Shown piece after piece: positions 10,722 through 20,955 of a DNA stretch of 64,000 bases. Below the pieces are notes generated by a model that did not search any database, was not told where the DNA came from, and saw only the letters and a program-made list of their open reading frames with translations. Both the position numbers and the translations under genes were made by a program. Each line of letters opens with the position of its first letter. Positions within the stretch are counted from its first letter, which is position 1. The stretch is from Alphaproteobacteria bacterium (GTDB lineage: Bacteria; Pseudomonadota; Alphaproteobacteria; Rickettsiales; SXRF01), in the NCBI GenBank assembly GCA_033763575.1, contig JANRKF010000026.1, forward strand, positions 3,076 to 67,075, written 5' to 3'.

Positions 10722-11731
10722 GCCGCCAGCAGATCCGTCAGCGGTTCCATGCTGCGGGCGCCGAGCTGCTGGATAATCTGCCCGGCGGCGCGGTTGCCGA
10801 GCGCCACGGATTTGGCGTGCGACCAGCCACGCGTATAGCCGTAGAGGAAGCCGCTCGCGAACAGATCACCCGCACCGGTCGTATCCACCAATTGCTTCAC
10901 CGGCAATGCGGCCACGGCTTCCATCTTCTCCCTGGTAACGAGCACCGCGCCATGTTCACTACGGGTGATGAGCGCCACTTCACACACGCCCTGCAACATG
11001 CGCGCCGCCTTGTCCGAATCACGCATTTGGAAAAGCGCCTGAAGCTCCGCTTCGTTGGCAAATAAAATATCCACATCGCTAGAAATCAGCGAGAGGAATT
11101 CCTGACGGAAACGATCGACGCAGAACGTATCGGACAAAGTAAGCGCCACTTTTTTTCCATGCTTTTTCGCAAGCGTTATCGCCTTGCGAATGGCGGTTTT
11201 CGCCTGATCCACATCCCACAAATAGCCCTCGATATAAAGCACAGCGGCGTTTTTAATCAGATCCTCATCGACATCCGCCTCGCTCACGCGGTTGCAGGCG
11301 CCGATAAAGGTCATCATCGTGCGCTGGGCATCCGGCGTCACGCAGACGAGGCAACTTGCCGTCGCCGGTCCTCCGGTCGCGGGTATCGAGGGAAAATGCA
11401 CGCCGACACTCTTCATATCATGGGTAAAAATGGTGCCGAGCTGGTCGCTTGCCACCTTGCCGATGAACGCCGTTTTTGCCCCGAGCGACGCCATGCCCGC
11501 GAGCGTATTGGCCACCGACCCGCCGGAACATTCCTTGGTAGGGCCGATCTGGTCGTAAAGCGCTTTGGCACGCGCCTCATCCACCAGCTGCATGCTGCCT
11601 TTGGCAAGCGCGTTTTGCTCGAGAAACTCCTCTTCCACATGCGAAAGCACATCGACAATCGCATTGCCGATGCCCACGACATCATAATCCCCGCCGGATG
11701 GCGGGGTCTGGTGTAAATTTTCAGTGCTCAT
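10718..11731 (-). CDS. PfkB family kinase (adenosine kinase-like)
   Basis: GIGNAIVDV, GGSVANT, DTTGAGDLFASGF; start MSTENL after GAGGAG. Confidence 0.9.
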   Translation of the reverse strand: MSTENLHQTPPSGGDYDVVGIGNAIVDVLSHVEEEFLEQNALAKGSMQLVDEARAKALYDQIGPTKECSGGSVANTLAGMASLGAKTAFIGKVASDQLGTIFTHDMKSVGVHFPSIPATGGPATASCLVCVTPDAQRTMMTFIGACNRVSEADVDEDLIKNAAVLYIEGYLWDVDQAKTAIRKAITLAKKHGKKVALTLSDTFCVDRFRQEFLSLISSDVDILFANEAELQALFQMRDSDKAARMLQGVCEVALITRSEHGAVLVTREKMEAVAALPVKQLVDTTGAGDLFASGFLYGYTRGWSHAKSVALGNRAAGQIIQQLGARSMEPLTDLLAA

Positions 11732-11778
11732 TTTACTCTCCTCAATGATGTGCTGCGGACCCCGCAACAAGTGCGGGG
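11689..11778. repeat. REP-doublet-like element copy 2, spanning kdsB end and kinase start
   Basis: CCCCGCCGGATGGCGGGG tctgg ... gga CCCCGCAACAAGTGCGGGG. Confidence 0.88.
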
Positions 11779-12539
11779 ATTAATTTCCTTGCTTTCTCTA
11801 AGCCTTCCGGCGTGTCCACCCCCAGCGGTACCGTATCGACCACCGCCACGTCAAGTCGCATTCCGGCTTCGAGCGCCCGGAGCTGTTCGAGTTTTTCCGC
11901 CTTCTCAAGCACGCTTGGCGGCAGCGAGACAAATGTTTCGAGCGCGGCGCGGCGATAGGCGTAAATGCCGATATGGTGATAATGCGGCCCTTCGCCATGC
12001 GGGATGAGGGAGCGGGAGAAATACAGGGCCTTGCCGGTTGCTGGTCTTTGGTCTTTGGTCTTTGGTTGCACCTGACTATTGACCAAAGACCCATGCCCCA
12101 TGACCACCTTCACCACCGCCGGATCGTTTCTTTCTTCATCGCTGGCAATCACTGCGGCAAGGGTGCCGATATCCACCAGCGGGTCATCGAGCAGCGCCGC
12201 CGCCGCACGGATAATATCCGGATCGAGCGTCGGCATATCGCCCTGTACATTAATGATAACATCGTATTTTTTTTCGGGATCGATTTGCAGGAGCGCCCGG
12301 TAGATACGGTCGGAACCGGAGGGAAGATCGGGGTCGGTCAGCACATATCTTCCACCGGCGGCCGCCACCGCATCGCCAATCTGCTGGCTGTCGCACGCCA
12401 CCGCCACATCACCGATCTTCGCGGCCAGCGCACGCTCCAGCACATGCACGATCATGGGCGCGCCGCCGATATCCGCAAGCGGTTTGTTCGGCAGGCGGGT
12501 GGAGGCAAGACGTGCCGGAATGAGAACCAGAGGATTCAT
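11742..12539 (-). CDS. kdsB: 3-deoxy-manno-octulosonate cytidylyltransferase
   Basis: [49 protein letters not shown]. Confidence 0.96.
   Translation of the reverse strand: MNPLVLIPARLASTRLPNKPLADIGGAPMIVHVLERALAAKIGDVAVACDSQQIGDAVAAAGGRYVLTDPDLPSGSDRIYRALLQIDPEKKYDVIINVQGDMPTLDPDIIRAAAALLDDPLVDIGTLAAVIASDEERNDPAVVKVVMGHGSLVNSQVQPKTKDQRPATGKALYFSRSLIPHGEGPHYHHIGIYAYRRAALETFVSLPPSVLEKAEKLEQLRALEAGMRLDVAVVDTVPLGVDTPEGLEKARKLIPALVAGSAAHH
12042..12105. repeat. inverted heptamer pair (TGGTCTT / GACCAAA-GACCCAT) in frame in kdsB
   Basis: tggtctt x3, spacer, gaccaaa gacccat gccccat gacc; peptide [20 protein letters not shown]. Confidence 0.87.
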
Positions 12540-12542
12540 CCC

Positions 12543-12610
12543 GTCATCCCGCATTTATTGCGGGATCTCCCTTTTGTTACGACGAGGCCCCGCAACAAGT
12601 GCGGGGTGAT
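12543..12610. repeat. REP-doublet-like element copy 3
   Basis: gtcATCCCGCATTTATTGCGGGAT ... CCCCGCAACAAGTGCGGGGtgat. Confidence 0.85.
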
Positions 12611-12728
12611 GTCCAGAATGAGCATAAGAGGATTCATAAAGCTTTAAACAATTCCTGATTGATTGAACATAGCCACCCTATTATAAAAGCAACCGAATTC
12701 TTTTCTATCCCTATCACAAAGAGTCTTT

Positions 12729-13283
12729 ATGAAACCCAATAGCTTCGAACTCAATAAGATAATCGGCGCCCTCCTGCTTGCGGCGATCGTGGCCATGGTT
12801 GCGGGTTTTGCCGCGATGGGCATGTATACCGGCAGCATTGGCGAACACGGGCATCACGAGGAAAAACGCGGCTACACCATCGCCGGTGCTGAAAGCGCTG
12901 GCGAGAACGAGAGCGCGGCCGCAGCGGCGCCGGAAACCCCGGTCGATATCATGCCGCTGATGGCCAGCGCCGATGTCGCTGCCGGACAAGCACAAATCAA
13001 AAAATGCACTGCATGTCATACATTCGATCAGGGCGGCAAAAACGGCGTCGGCCCGAACCAGTGGGGCTTGTTTGGCGCTGCCTGCGGCCATCGCGCCGAC
13101 TATAGCTATTCCGATGCCATCAAAGCGCTACATAGCAAAGGCATGAAGTGGGATGAGCAGACGCTTTCGGAATTCCTCGCCAATCCCAAGAAATTTGCAC
13201 CCGGCAATAAAATGTCCTTTGCCGGCATCAAAAACCCTCAGGATCGCGCCAACCTGATCGCGTACCTGAAAACGCTGCGCTAA
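12729..13283 (+). CDS. membrane-anchored cytochrome c (CycM/c552-like)
   Basis: N-terminal TM, CTACH heme motif, GPNQWG, PGNKMSFAG. Confidence 0.92.
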   Translation: MKPNSFELNKIIGALLLAAIVAMVAGFAAMGMYTGSIGEHGHHEEKRGYTIAGAESAGENESAAAAAPETPVDIMPLMASADVAAGQAQIKKCTACHTFDQGGKNGVGPNQWGLFGAACGHRADYSYSDAIKALHSKGMKWDEQTLSEFLANPKKFAPGNKMSFAGIKNPQDRANLIAYLKTLR

Positions 13284-13332
13284 CCGGCAGCGGGCAAGCG
13301 TTCGCGCATGCCCCTGTATGTGGAGAGACACC

Positions 13333-13788
13333 ATGGAACTTTCGGCCCTGCCCCCTTACATCCTCTGGCTTGCCTTCGGCGTCGCCTGCCTGCTCGCGGA
13401 GATGCTGATCGCCACCGGTATCGGCTTCCTGTTTGCGGGGCTTGGCGCGCTCACCGCCGGGTCTATCGTTACCGCCATGCCGGAGCTGGACGGCGTGCAG
13501 CAGGGCGTCATCTTTTTCGCGACCACCGCCCTGTGGACGGCGTTCCTGTGGAAACCGCTGAAAAAATTCCAGCGGAAATCCTCCGGCAAAGGCTACCGCA
13601 ACATGGTGGGCGACACCGCTTTTGTCGGGGTGTCCGGGCTTAAAAAAGGCACCACCGGCGAGGCGACCTGGTCGGGCACCATCATGCGGGCCGAGCTGGC
13701 CGAAGGCCTCGACGCACTGCCGCCGGGAGCGCAGGCGCAGATTGTAAATGTGGTGGGCAACACGCTTATCCTCAAACCCAAGCCGTAA
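13333..13788 (+). CDS. NfeD family protein
   Basis: TM segments then OB-fold-like C-terminus; upstream of SPFH gene. Confidence 0.85.
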   Translation: MELSALPPYILWLAFGVACLLAEMLIATGIGFLFAGLGALTAGSIVTAMPELDGVQQGVIFFATTALWTAFLWKPLKKFQRKSSGKGYRNMVGDTAFVGVSGLKKGTTGEATWSGTIMRAELAEGLDALPPGAQAQIVNVVGNTLILKPKP

Positions 13789-13799
13789 GGAACGCTTCC

Positions 13800-14753
13800 A
13801 TGGAAATATTGCTCGCACTCGGAATTGTTGTTTTCATCGTGATTTTCAAGGGCGTGAAAACCGTGCCGCAACAGCAGGCGTGGATCGTCGAAAGCCTCGG
13901 CAAATTCGATAGCAAGCTGGAACCGGGCCTCAATATCCTCATCCCGTTCTACCAGAAGGTCGCCTATAAACACTCCCTCAAGGAAACCGCCATTGACGTG
14001 CCGGAACAGGCCGGCATCACCCGCGATAACGTGACGCTGGTGCTCGATGGCGTGCTTTATATGCGGGTGGTGGATCCTATCGCCGCCTCCTACGGCGTGA
14101 GCGACCCGCTCTATGCCGTGTCGCAACTGGCGCAAACCACCATGCGCGCCGAAATCGGCAAGCTGACACTCGATAAAACCTTTGAAGAGCGCGAAACGCT
14201 GAACGCCAATATCGTCACCGCCATCAACCACGCCGCGCAGGCCTGGGGCATCCAGTGCATGCGTTATGAAATCAAAAACATCACCCCTCCCACCTCCGTG
14301 CTGAAGGCGATGGAGCTGCAGATGGCCGCCGACCGCCAGAAACGCGCAACGATCCTGGAATCGGAAGGCAAGCAGCAGGCGCAGATCAATGCGGCCACCG
14401 CCGCCAAACAACAGGTGGTGCTGATTTCGGAAGGCGCGCTCACCGACCAGGTGAACCGCGCAAAAGGTCAGGCCGAAGCCATTCTCGCCGTCGCCGAGGC
14501 CACCGCCAAGGGGATTGAGCTGGTCGCCGCTTCCATCGGTAAAGCCGGTGGCTCGGAAGCAGTCGCGCTCAAAATCGCCGAGCAGTATGTCGACGCCTTC
14601 AGGCAGCTGGCCAAGGAATCGACGACCATCCTGCTGCCCGCCAATGCTTCCGATGCTGGCAGCATGGTCGCCCAGGCGCTCACCGTGTTCGATGCCATCC
14701 GCAATAAAACGGCTGCCGCCGGTGCAGCAGGCGGGCCATGGGAAAATAAATGA
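13800..14753 (+). CDS. SPFH/stomatin-like protein
   Basis: VPQQQAWIVE, AQTTMRAEIG, WGIQCMRYEI, AEQYVDAF. Confidence 0.93.
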   Translation: MEILLALGIVVFIVIFKGVKTVPQQQAWIVESLGKFDSKLEPGLNILIPFYQKVAYKHSLKETAIDVPEQAGITRDNVTLVLDGVLYMRVVDPIAASYGVSDPLYAVSQLAQTTMRAEIGKLTLDKTFEERETLNANIVTAINHAAQAWGIQCMRYEIKNITPPTSVLKAMELQMAADRQKRATILESEGKQQAQINAATAAKQQVVLISEGALTDQVNRAKGQAEAILAVAEATAKGIELVAASIGKAGGSEAVALKIAEQYVDAFRQLAKESTTILLPANASDAGSMVAQALTVFDAIRNKTAAAGAAGGPWENK

Positions 14754-16582
14754 TACCCGAAAGGACGATGACCGATAACCGAAAAGCAAGATTGCGTATT
14801 TTCTTTTCGATCATCGTAGCATCGGTCATCGGATCATCGGTCATCGGATCATCGGCGCAAGCTGCGCCGTCGCACTGCCTCTCGCTTTACGACCCCTGTA
14901 AATACCCCGCGAACTTTAGCCATTTCGATTATGTGAACCCGGACGCGCCCAAAGGCGGCAGCGTCAAGCTGGCCGATTCCGGCACGTTCGACAGCCTGAA
15001 CCCGTTTATATTGAAGGGCGTCAAGGCCCCGGCGGTTTCGATGATTTTCGATGCGCTGATGGTGTCCTCGCTCGATGAGCCGCAAAGCATGTATGGCCTG
15101 ATCGCCGAATCCGCCGACCTTAGCGCCGATAAAAGCCATATCGATTTTGTCTTGCGCAAAGAAGCGCGTTTTCATGACGGGACGCCGATTACCGCCGACG
15201 ACGTGGTGTTCTCCTTCGAAACGCTGATTACCAAGGGCGATCCCACCTACCGCATCATGCTGGCGCCGGTGAAAAGCGCCCAGAAAATCGACGCCCGCCA
15301 TGTGCGCTTCACGCTCGACAGGGAGGTGCGCGAGTCCGCCCTCATCGCGGCCTCCCTGCCGGTATTTTCCAAAGCCTATTACAGCAAAGTGGACTTTGAA
15401 AAAACCACGCTGGAGCCGCCGCTGGGAAGTGGCGCGTACAAAGTCCAGTCGGTCGATCCGGGGCGCGCCATCATCTATGAGCGGGTGAAAAACTACTGGG
15501 CGAAGAACCTGCCCTTCGCGCGCGGCCAATATAATTTCGATACCATACGCTATGATCTCTATCGCGATGAAAATGTCGCGCTCGAAGCGTTCAAATCCGG
15601 CCAGTATGATTTCCGCCGCGAATATGTCGCCCGCAACTGGGCCAAAGCCTACGACCACCCGGCGGTGAAAGATGGCCGCATCACCAAGCGCGACGTGCCG
15701 GATATGAGCCCGCAGGGGATGCAGGGTTTCGTTTATAACACCCGCAAACCCACCCTCTCCGACCGCCGGGTCCGCGAAGCGATCGGGCTGGCCATGGATT
15801 ATGAATGGCTGAATAAAACCATTTTCTACGGCGCCTATAAACGCAACCGCAGCTTCTTCGGCAATACCGATTTTGAGTCCAAGGGCAAGCCCTCCAAAGA
15901 AGAATTGGCGCTGTTGTCCCCCTATAAATCGAACCTGTCCCCTACCGTGTTCGAGCATGAATATGCCCCGCCTGTGACCGACGGTTCCGGCAACCCCCGC
16001 GAAAACCTGCTCAAGGCACAGGCGCTGCTCAATGAAGCGGGCTGGAAGGTAGAGGGTGGCAAGCGCATGAAAAACGGCCAGCCGCTCACCATCGAATTCA
16101 TGCTGCGCCAGCCGACCATGGAGCGCGTCATCGGCCCGATGCGGAAGAACCTGGAACGCCTGGGCATCACCAGCTCCATCCGCATGGTCGACGATTCGCA
16201 ATACCAGAAACGCATCGATGAAAAAGATTTCGACATCGTCTCGCTGTGGATCAATCGCGGGCTGTTTTACCCCGGCAATGAGCAGGTGGCATTGTGGCAT
16301 AGCTCACAGGCTGATGTGAAGGGCGGCAACAATCTGGCCGGCGCGAAAAACCCGGCGGTGGATGCCGCGCTCGCCGCGCTCATCGGCGCTAAAAACAAAG
16401 GCGAGCTGGTCGCCGCCGGACGGGCGCTCGACCGCATTTTGCTCTGGGAAAATTATGTGATACCGAACTGGCAGTCGGCATCATTCCGCATCGCCTACTG
16501 GAATAAATTCGGCATGCCGCCCACCCCGCCTAAATACGGCCTGGCCTTTGAAAGCTGGTGGATAAGGTCAGATGACAGGTGA
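14750..16582 (+). CDS. yejA: peptide ABC transporter substrate-binding protein (YejA-like)
   Basis: HFDYVNPDAPKGG, TFDSLNPFILKG, PLGSGAY, RALDRILL; start may be 14768. Confidence 0.9.
   Translation: MIPERTMTDNRKARLRIFFSIIVASVIGSSVIGSSAQAAPSHCLSLYDPCKYPANFSHFDYVNPDAPKGGSVKLADSGTFDSLNPFILKGVKAPAVSMIFDALMVSSLDEPQSMYGLIAESADLSADKSHIDFVLRKEARFHDGTPITADDVVFSFETLITKGDPTYRIMLAPVKSAQKIDARHVRFTLDREVRESALIAASLPVFSKAYYSKVDFEKTTLEPPLGSGAYKVQSVDPGRAIIYERVKNYWAKNLPFARGQYNFDTIRYDLYRDENVALEAFKSGQYDFRREYVARNWAKAYDHPAVKDGRITKRDVPDMSPQGMQGFVYNTRKPTLSDRRVREAIGLAMDYEWLNKTIFYGAYKRNRSFFGNTDFESKGKPSKEELALLSPYKSNLSPTVFEHEYAPPVTDGSGNPRENLLKAQALLNEAGWKVEGGKRMKNGQPLTIEFMLRQPTMERVIGPMRKNLERLGITSSIRMVDDSQYQKRIDEKDFDIVSLWINRGLFYPGNEQVALWHSSQADVKGGNNLAGAKNPAVDAALAALIGAKNKGELVAAGRALDRILLWENYVIPNWQSASFRIAYWNKFGMPPTPPKYGLAFESWWIRSDDR
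14809..14855. repeat. TCATCGG/GATCATCG tract in yejA signal peptide, with inverted arm near 14766-14781
   Basis: catcggtcatcggatcatcggtcatcggatcatcgg encodes SVIGSSVIGSS. Confidence 0.8.
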
Positions 16583-16644
16583 CAGGCGACGGGTGACAGG
16601 TATAATCATTTTCATCTGACACCCTGATCCTGACACCTGACACC
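16566..16644. repeat. imperfect inverted heptamer pair (TGACAGG / CCTGACA) at yejA-yejB junction
   Basis: tgacagg tgacagg cgacggg tgacagg ... ctgacac cctgatc ctgacac ctgacac. Confidence 0.85.
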
Positions 16645-17754
16645 ATGACTGCATACATAATCCGCCGCATATTATTTATGATACCCACCCTGTTCGGTAT
16701 CATGGTGCTGAATTTCCTCATTGTGCAGGCCGCCCCCGGTGGCCCGGTGGAACGGATGGTGGCACAGCTCACCGACATCACCAGCGCCCATGACGCGACG
16801 GCCCGCCTCTCCGGCAGCGGCTCGGATTCGGGTGCGGCGAGCCAGTCGCTGATGCGTTCCGGCGGTGATTCGCTCTATCGCGGCGGGCGCGGGCTGGATC
16901 CCGACCTCATCAGGGACATCGAGAAAATGTACGGCTTCGACAAGCCGCCGCTCGACCGCTTCCTGCAGATGATCGGCAACTATCTCCGCTTCGATTTCGG
17001 CGAGAGTTTTTACCGCAACGAGCGGGTCATCACGCTCATCATGAACACCCTGCCGGTCACCATCTCGCTCGGGCTGTGGACCACGCTTATCACCTATCTT
17101 GTCTCCATTCCGCTCGGCATCAGGAAAGCCGTGCGCGACGGCAGCGCCTTCGATATCGCAAGCAGCTGGATCATCATCATCGGCTATGCCATCCCGAGCT
17201 TCCTGTTCGCCATTTTACTGATTATCGTCTTTGCCGGCGGTGGCTATTTCCAATGGTTCCCGCTCAAGGGCCTCACCTCCGACAATTGGGCCGAACTCAG
17301 CCCGCTCGCCAAAATCGGCGATTATTTCTGGCATATCGCCCTGCCGGTCACCGCCATGGTCATCAGCGGCTTCGCGTCACTCACCATGCTCACCAAAAAC
17401 TGCTTCCTCGATGAAATCTCCAAGCAATATGTGCTGACCGCCCGCGCCAAGGGCTTAAGCGAGCGCGAGGTGCTCTATGGCCATGTGTTCCGCAACGCCA
17501 TGCTGATCGTGATCGCCGGGTTTCCGGGCGCATTGCTGTCCATCCTGTTTCGCAGCGCCCTTTTGATCGAGATTATTTTTTCGCTGAACGGGCTGGGATT
17601 GCTCGGCTACGAGGCGGTGGTCGGCCGCGATTACCCGGTGATGTTCGGCACGCTGTATATTTTCACGCTGCTCGGCCTCGTCTTCGGCCTGATCGGCGAC
17701 ATCGTCTATATGCTGGTCGACCCGCGCATCGATTTTGAAAAGAGGGCGATATGA
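16645..17754 (+). CDS. yejB: peptide ABC transporter permease
   Basis: [42 protein letters not shown]. Confidence 0.93.
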   Translation: MTAYIIRRILFMIPTLFGIMVLNFLIVQAAPGGPVERMVAQLTDITSAHDATARLSGSGSDSGAASQSLMRSGGDSLYRGGRGLDPDLIRDIEKMYGFDKPPLDRFLQMIGNYLRFDFGESFYRNERVITLIMNTLPVTISLGLWTTLITYLVSIPLGIRKAVRDGSAFDIASSWIIIIGYAIPSFLFAILLIIVFAGGGYFQWFPLKGLTSDNWAELSPLAKIGDYFWHIALPVTAMVISGFASLTMLTKNCFLDEISKQYVLTARAKGLSEREVLYGHVFRNAMLIVIAGFPGALLSILFRSALLIEIIFSLNGLGLLGYEAVVGRDYPVMFGTLYIFTLLGLVFGLIGDIVYMLVDPRIDFEKRAI

Positions 17755-18770
17755 GCCCCCTCACCCGCCGCCGCCTTGCCTTGTTCCGCTCCAACAAGCG
17801 CGGCTTTGTGAGCTTCTGGATATTTTCTTTCCTGCTTTTTGTCTCGCTCTTCGCCGAGCTGATCGCGGGGGACAAACCCGTCCTGCTCTCCTACAAGGAT
17901 ACGCTTTATTTCCCGGCATTTGCTACTTATAGCGAGCAGACCTTCGGCGGGGATTTTGAAACGGAGGCCGTGTACCGCGACCCGCATGTGGCCGAGCTGA
18001 TCGGGAAAGACGGCTGGATGGTCTGGCCACCGCTGCGCTATGGCTATTCCACGATCAATTACGACTCCCCTACCCCGGCCCCCTCCCCGCCCTCAGCCGA
18101 AAACCCGCTCGGCACCGACGACCAGGGGCGCGACGTGCTGGCCCGGCTGATTTACGGCTTCCGCATCTCGGTGCTGTTCGGGCTGACACTTACGATCCTG
18201 AGCAGCACCATCGGCATCATGGCCGGGGCGGTACAGGGTTATTTCGGCGGGCTTACGGATATTCTTTTCCAGCGTTTCATCGAGATCTGGTCGGGCCTGC
18301 CGGAGCTTTTTCTGCTGATTATCCTTGCCTCCATCATCACCCCGAATTTCTGGTGGCTGCTTTTGATCCTGCTGCTGTTTAGCTGGATGTCGCTGACCGG
18401 CGTGGTGCGCGCCGAGTTCCTGCGCGCCCGCAATTTTGATTATGTGAAAGCCGCCCGCGCCCTCGGTGTGCCGGAATTCCGCATCATGATGCGCCATGTG
18501 CTGCCCAACGCGCTTACCTCCGCCATGACCATGATGCCGTTTCTGGTAAGTGGCGCGGTCACGGCCCTTGCCACGCTCGATTTCCTCGGCTTCGGGCTGC
18601 CCGCCGGGTCGCCGTCGCTCGGCGAGCTGCTGCTACAGGGCAAGAACAACCCGCAAGCCCCATGGCTCGGCATTACCAGCTTCGTCGTGATCGCCACCAT
18701 GCTGGTGCTGATTATCTTCATCGCCGAGGCCGTGCGCGATGCCTTCGACCCCAGAAAGATGCTGAAATGA
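17751..18770 (+). CDS. yejE: peptide ABC transporter permease
   Basis: [33 protein letters not shown]. Confidence 0.93.
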   Translation: MSPLTRRRLALFRSNKRGFVSFWIFSFLLFVSLFAELIAGDKPVLLSYKDTLYFPAFATYSEQTFGGDFETEAVYRDPHVAELIGKDGWMVWPPLRYGYSTINYDSPTPAPSPPSAENPLGTDDQGRDVLARLIYGFRISVLFGLTLTILSSTIGIMAGAVQGYFGGLTDILFQRFIEIWSGLPELFLLIILASIITPNFWWLLLILLLFSWMSLTGVVRAEFLRARNFDYVKAARALGVPEFRIMMRHVLPNALTSAMTMMPFLVSGAVTALATLDFLGFGLPAGSPSLGELLLQGKNNPQAPWLGITSFVVIATMLVLIIFIAEAVRDAFDPRKMLK

Positions 18771-20413
18771 GCGCCCTCCTCTCCATTTCCCATTTCTCGC
18801 TGTCCTTTGGGGAGAGCCGCATCATCAGGGATATTTCGCTCGACATTTGGCCCGGCGAGATGGTGGCGATAGTCGGCGAATCCGGCTCCGGCAAGTCGCT
18901 TACCGCCCTCTCCTGCCTTGGATTGCAGCCAGCGGGTGCGCAGGTAAGTGGTGAAATTATGCTGGATGGCTACTCCCTCCCCATTAGGGGGAGGGTCGGG
19001 GTGGGGGCATCCACGGGTGATAGTGCAAATAATGCCCCCCTCCCAACCTCCCCCCTACAGGGGGAGGAGCTAAGGGCCCTCCGCGGGAAAACCGCCAGCA
19101 TGATTTTCCAGGAGCCGATGACGGCGCTGAATCCGCTGCACCCGATTGGCAAGCAGATCGGGGAGATGCTGAAGAAGAATAGCTCGATCACCCAATCATC
19201 CGATCATCGGATCATCATGCTTTTGGAAGAAGTCGGCCTCTCCCACCTCGCCTCCCGGCTTGGCGCCTATCCGCATGAGCTTTCCGGCGGCGAGCGCCAG
19301 CGGGTGATGATTGCCATGGCGATTGCCAATTCGCCGAAACTGCTGATTGCCGATGAACCTACCACCGCCGTCGACGTCACCATACAGGCGAAGATACTGA
19401 AATTACTGAAAGAACTACAAAAAACGCGCAATATGGCCATGATGTTCATCACCCATGACATCACGCTGGTGCGCAAGCTGGCCGACCGCGTGGTGGTGAT
19501 GAAATCCGGCGAGATCGTGGAACAAGGCAAGGTATCCGAGGTTTTCTCGCGCCCGCAGCATCCCTATACCCACGAACTGCTGGGTTCCGAGCCCAAAGGC
19601 ACCATGCCCCCCCTGCCCGCCAATGCGCCGGTTGCGCTTTCCTGCGAGGGGCTCAAAGTACATTTCCCGGTCAAAACCGGCCTGCTGCGCCGCACCACCG
19701 GATTTATCAAAGCCGTGGACGGCATATCCGTTACGATACCGGAATCCTCGACGCTGGGAATCGTAGGTGAATCCGGTTCCGGCAAGAGTACGCTCGGATT
19801 CGCCCTGCTGCGACTGGTAAAAAGCGAAGGCAAAATCGTCTGGCTGGGACGCGACATCGCCACGCTTTCCTCCGCCGCCATGCGCCCACTGCGAAAGGAA
19901 ATGCAACTGGTATTCCAGGACCCCTACTCCAGCCTGAACCCGCGCATGACGGTCGGCGACATTATCGGCGAAGGATTGCGTGTCCACCGAGTACCGAGTA
20001 CCGAGTACAGAGTACGTATCGCACGCGCGATAGAAGAAGTCGGGCTCTCGCCTGATATGGCCGAACGCTACCCCCATGAATTTTCCGGCGGTCAGCGCCA
20101 GCGCATCGCCATCGCCCGCGCCATGATATTAAAGCCACAATTCGTGGTGCTCGACGAGCCGACCTCGGCGCTCGATTTGACCGTGCAGACGCAAATCATC
20201 GCGCTGCTTAAGGATTTCCAGATTAAATACGGCATCAGCTACCTGTTCATCAGCCATGATTTGCGCGTGGTGAGGGCCATTGCGCACCATATCGCCGTGC
20301 TGTATAAGGGCGAGATGGTAGAATATGGAAAAGCGAGCGATATCCTGACGCATCCGGCGCAGGACTATACCAGACGGCTGATCGAAGCGGCAATGTTCAA
20401 AGGGGAAGCATAA
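18767..20413 (+). CDS. yejF: peptide ABC transporter dual ATPase
   Basis: Two GESGSGKS Walker A and SGGERQR/SGGQRQR motifs; ATGA overlap with yejE. Confidence 0.93.
   Translation: MSALLSISHFSLSFGESRIIRDISLDIWPGEMVAIVGESGSGKSLTALSCLGLQPAGAQVSGEIMLDGYSLPIRGRVGVGASTGDSANNAPLPTSPLQGEELRALRGKTASMIFQEPMTALNPLHPIGKQIGEMLKKNSSITQSSDHRIIMLLEEVGLSHLASRLGAYPHELSGGERQRVMIAMAIANSPKLLIADEPTTAVDVTIQAKILKLLKELQKTRNMAMMFITHDITLVRKLADRVVVMKSGEIVEQGKVSEVFSRPQHPYTHELLGSEPKGTMPPLPANAPVALSCEGLKVHFPVKTGLLRRTTGFIKAVDGISVTIPESSTLGIVGESGSGKSTLGFALLRLVKSEGKIVWLGRDIATLSSAAMRPLRKEMQLVFQDPYSSLNPRMTVGDIIGEGLRVHRVPSTEYRVRIARAIEEVGLSPDMAERYPHEFSGGQRQRIAIARAMILKPQFVVLDEPTSALDLTVQTQIIALLKDFQIKYGISYLFISHDLRVVRAIAHHIAVLYKGEMVEYGKASDILTHPAQDYTRRLIEAAMFKGEA
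18973..19069. repeat. GC-rich palindromic element in frame in yejF
   Basis: CTCCCTCCCC.ttaGGGGGAGGGtcGGGGTGGGGG...CCCCCCTCCCaaCCTCCCCCtacaGGGGGAGGAG encodes SLPIRGRVGVG...PLPTSPLQGEE. Confidence 0.85.
19185..19216. repeat. (CGATCATC)n octamer tract in yejF
   Basis: cgatcacc caatcatc cgatcatc ggatcatc encodes SITQSSDHRII. Confidence 0.75.
19986..20015. repeat. (ACCGAGT)n heptamer tract in yejF
   Basis: accgagt x3, acagagt; encodes HRVPSTEYRVR; same unit as in xerD. Confidence 0.9.
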
Positions 20414-20415
20414 CC

Positions 20416-20952
20416 ATGGAATTATCGGAGGCAGTATCGCAAAACCTGTTCGGTTTTGTGTCGGCGCTGATCGGTGCGGTGGTGGGCGGTTATTTCACGC
20501 TGGTCGCGACCGATAAGGCCATCCGCGAGGAAAATGCCAAGGAAAACCGCCGTGATGAAAAGGAAGTGCAGAACCTGCTCGATGCGCTGGGCGTGGAGCT
20601 TCATGCGCTGTGGAGTTTCCACATGCGACGCATCGGCGCGCTGATCGAAGAATTACCCGCAGGCCAGCCGCTCGCGATTTACTATCCGCTGACCCAGGAT
20701 TATTTCACCATCTATAATTCCAACGCCGTGACCATCGGCCGCGTCAGAGACCCGGTGCTTCGCGAATCCATCGTGATTACCTACAATAAATGCAAAAAAG
20801 TGGTCGACGGGTTTAAATACAACAACGAACTGTTGCAGGCCCACAAGGAGCAGGAAATGGTTGAATATGCTGCCCTCATCAAGGAAGACCATTACGAGCT
20901 CAAAGGCTATATCGAAGAACTGCTCGGCCTGCTCAAATCGCGGCAGCGCTGA
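20416..20952 (+). CDS. hypothetical protein, N-terminal TM
   Basis: 178-aa ORF fitting tightly between yejF and mnmE; FGFVSALIGAVVGGYFTLV. Confidence 0.75.
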   Translation: MELSEAVSQNLFGFVSALIGAVVGGYFTLVATDKAIREENAKENRRDEKEVQNLLDALGVELHALWSFHMRRIGALIEELPAGQPLAIYYPLTQDYFTIYNSNAVTIGRVRDPVLRESIVITYNKCKKVVDGFKYNNELLQAHKEQEMVEYAALIKEDHYELKGYIEELLGLLKSRQR

Positions 20953-20955
20953 CCA

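Noticed and set aside
12650-12728. FNR box upstream of cytochrome c
   Set aside because: Only a TTGAT half-site without the matching ATCAA
13284-13318. GGGCA..TGCCC hairpin after cytochrome c
   Set aside because: Single copy, no U-tract; cannot be classed as terminator or repeat
14849-16300. Long antisense ORFs (also 13593-14789, 38021-38899, 55600-56937, 56364-57476 and others)
   Set aside because: Shadow frames of well-supported genes in GC-rich DNA, with no recognisable motifs
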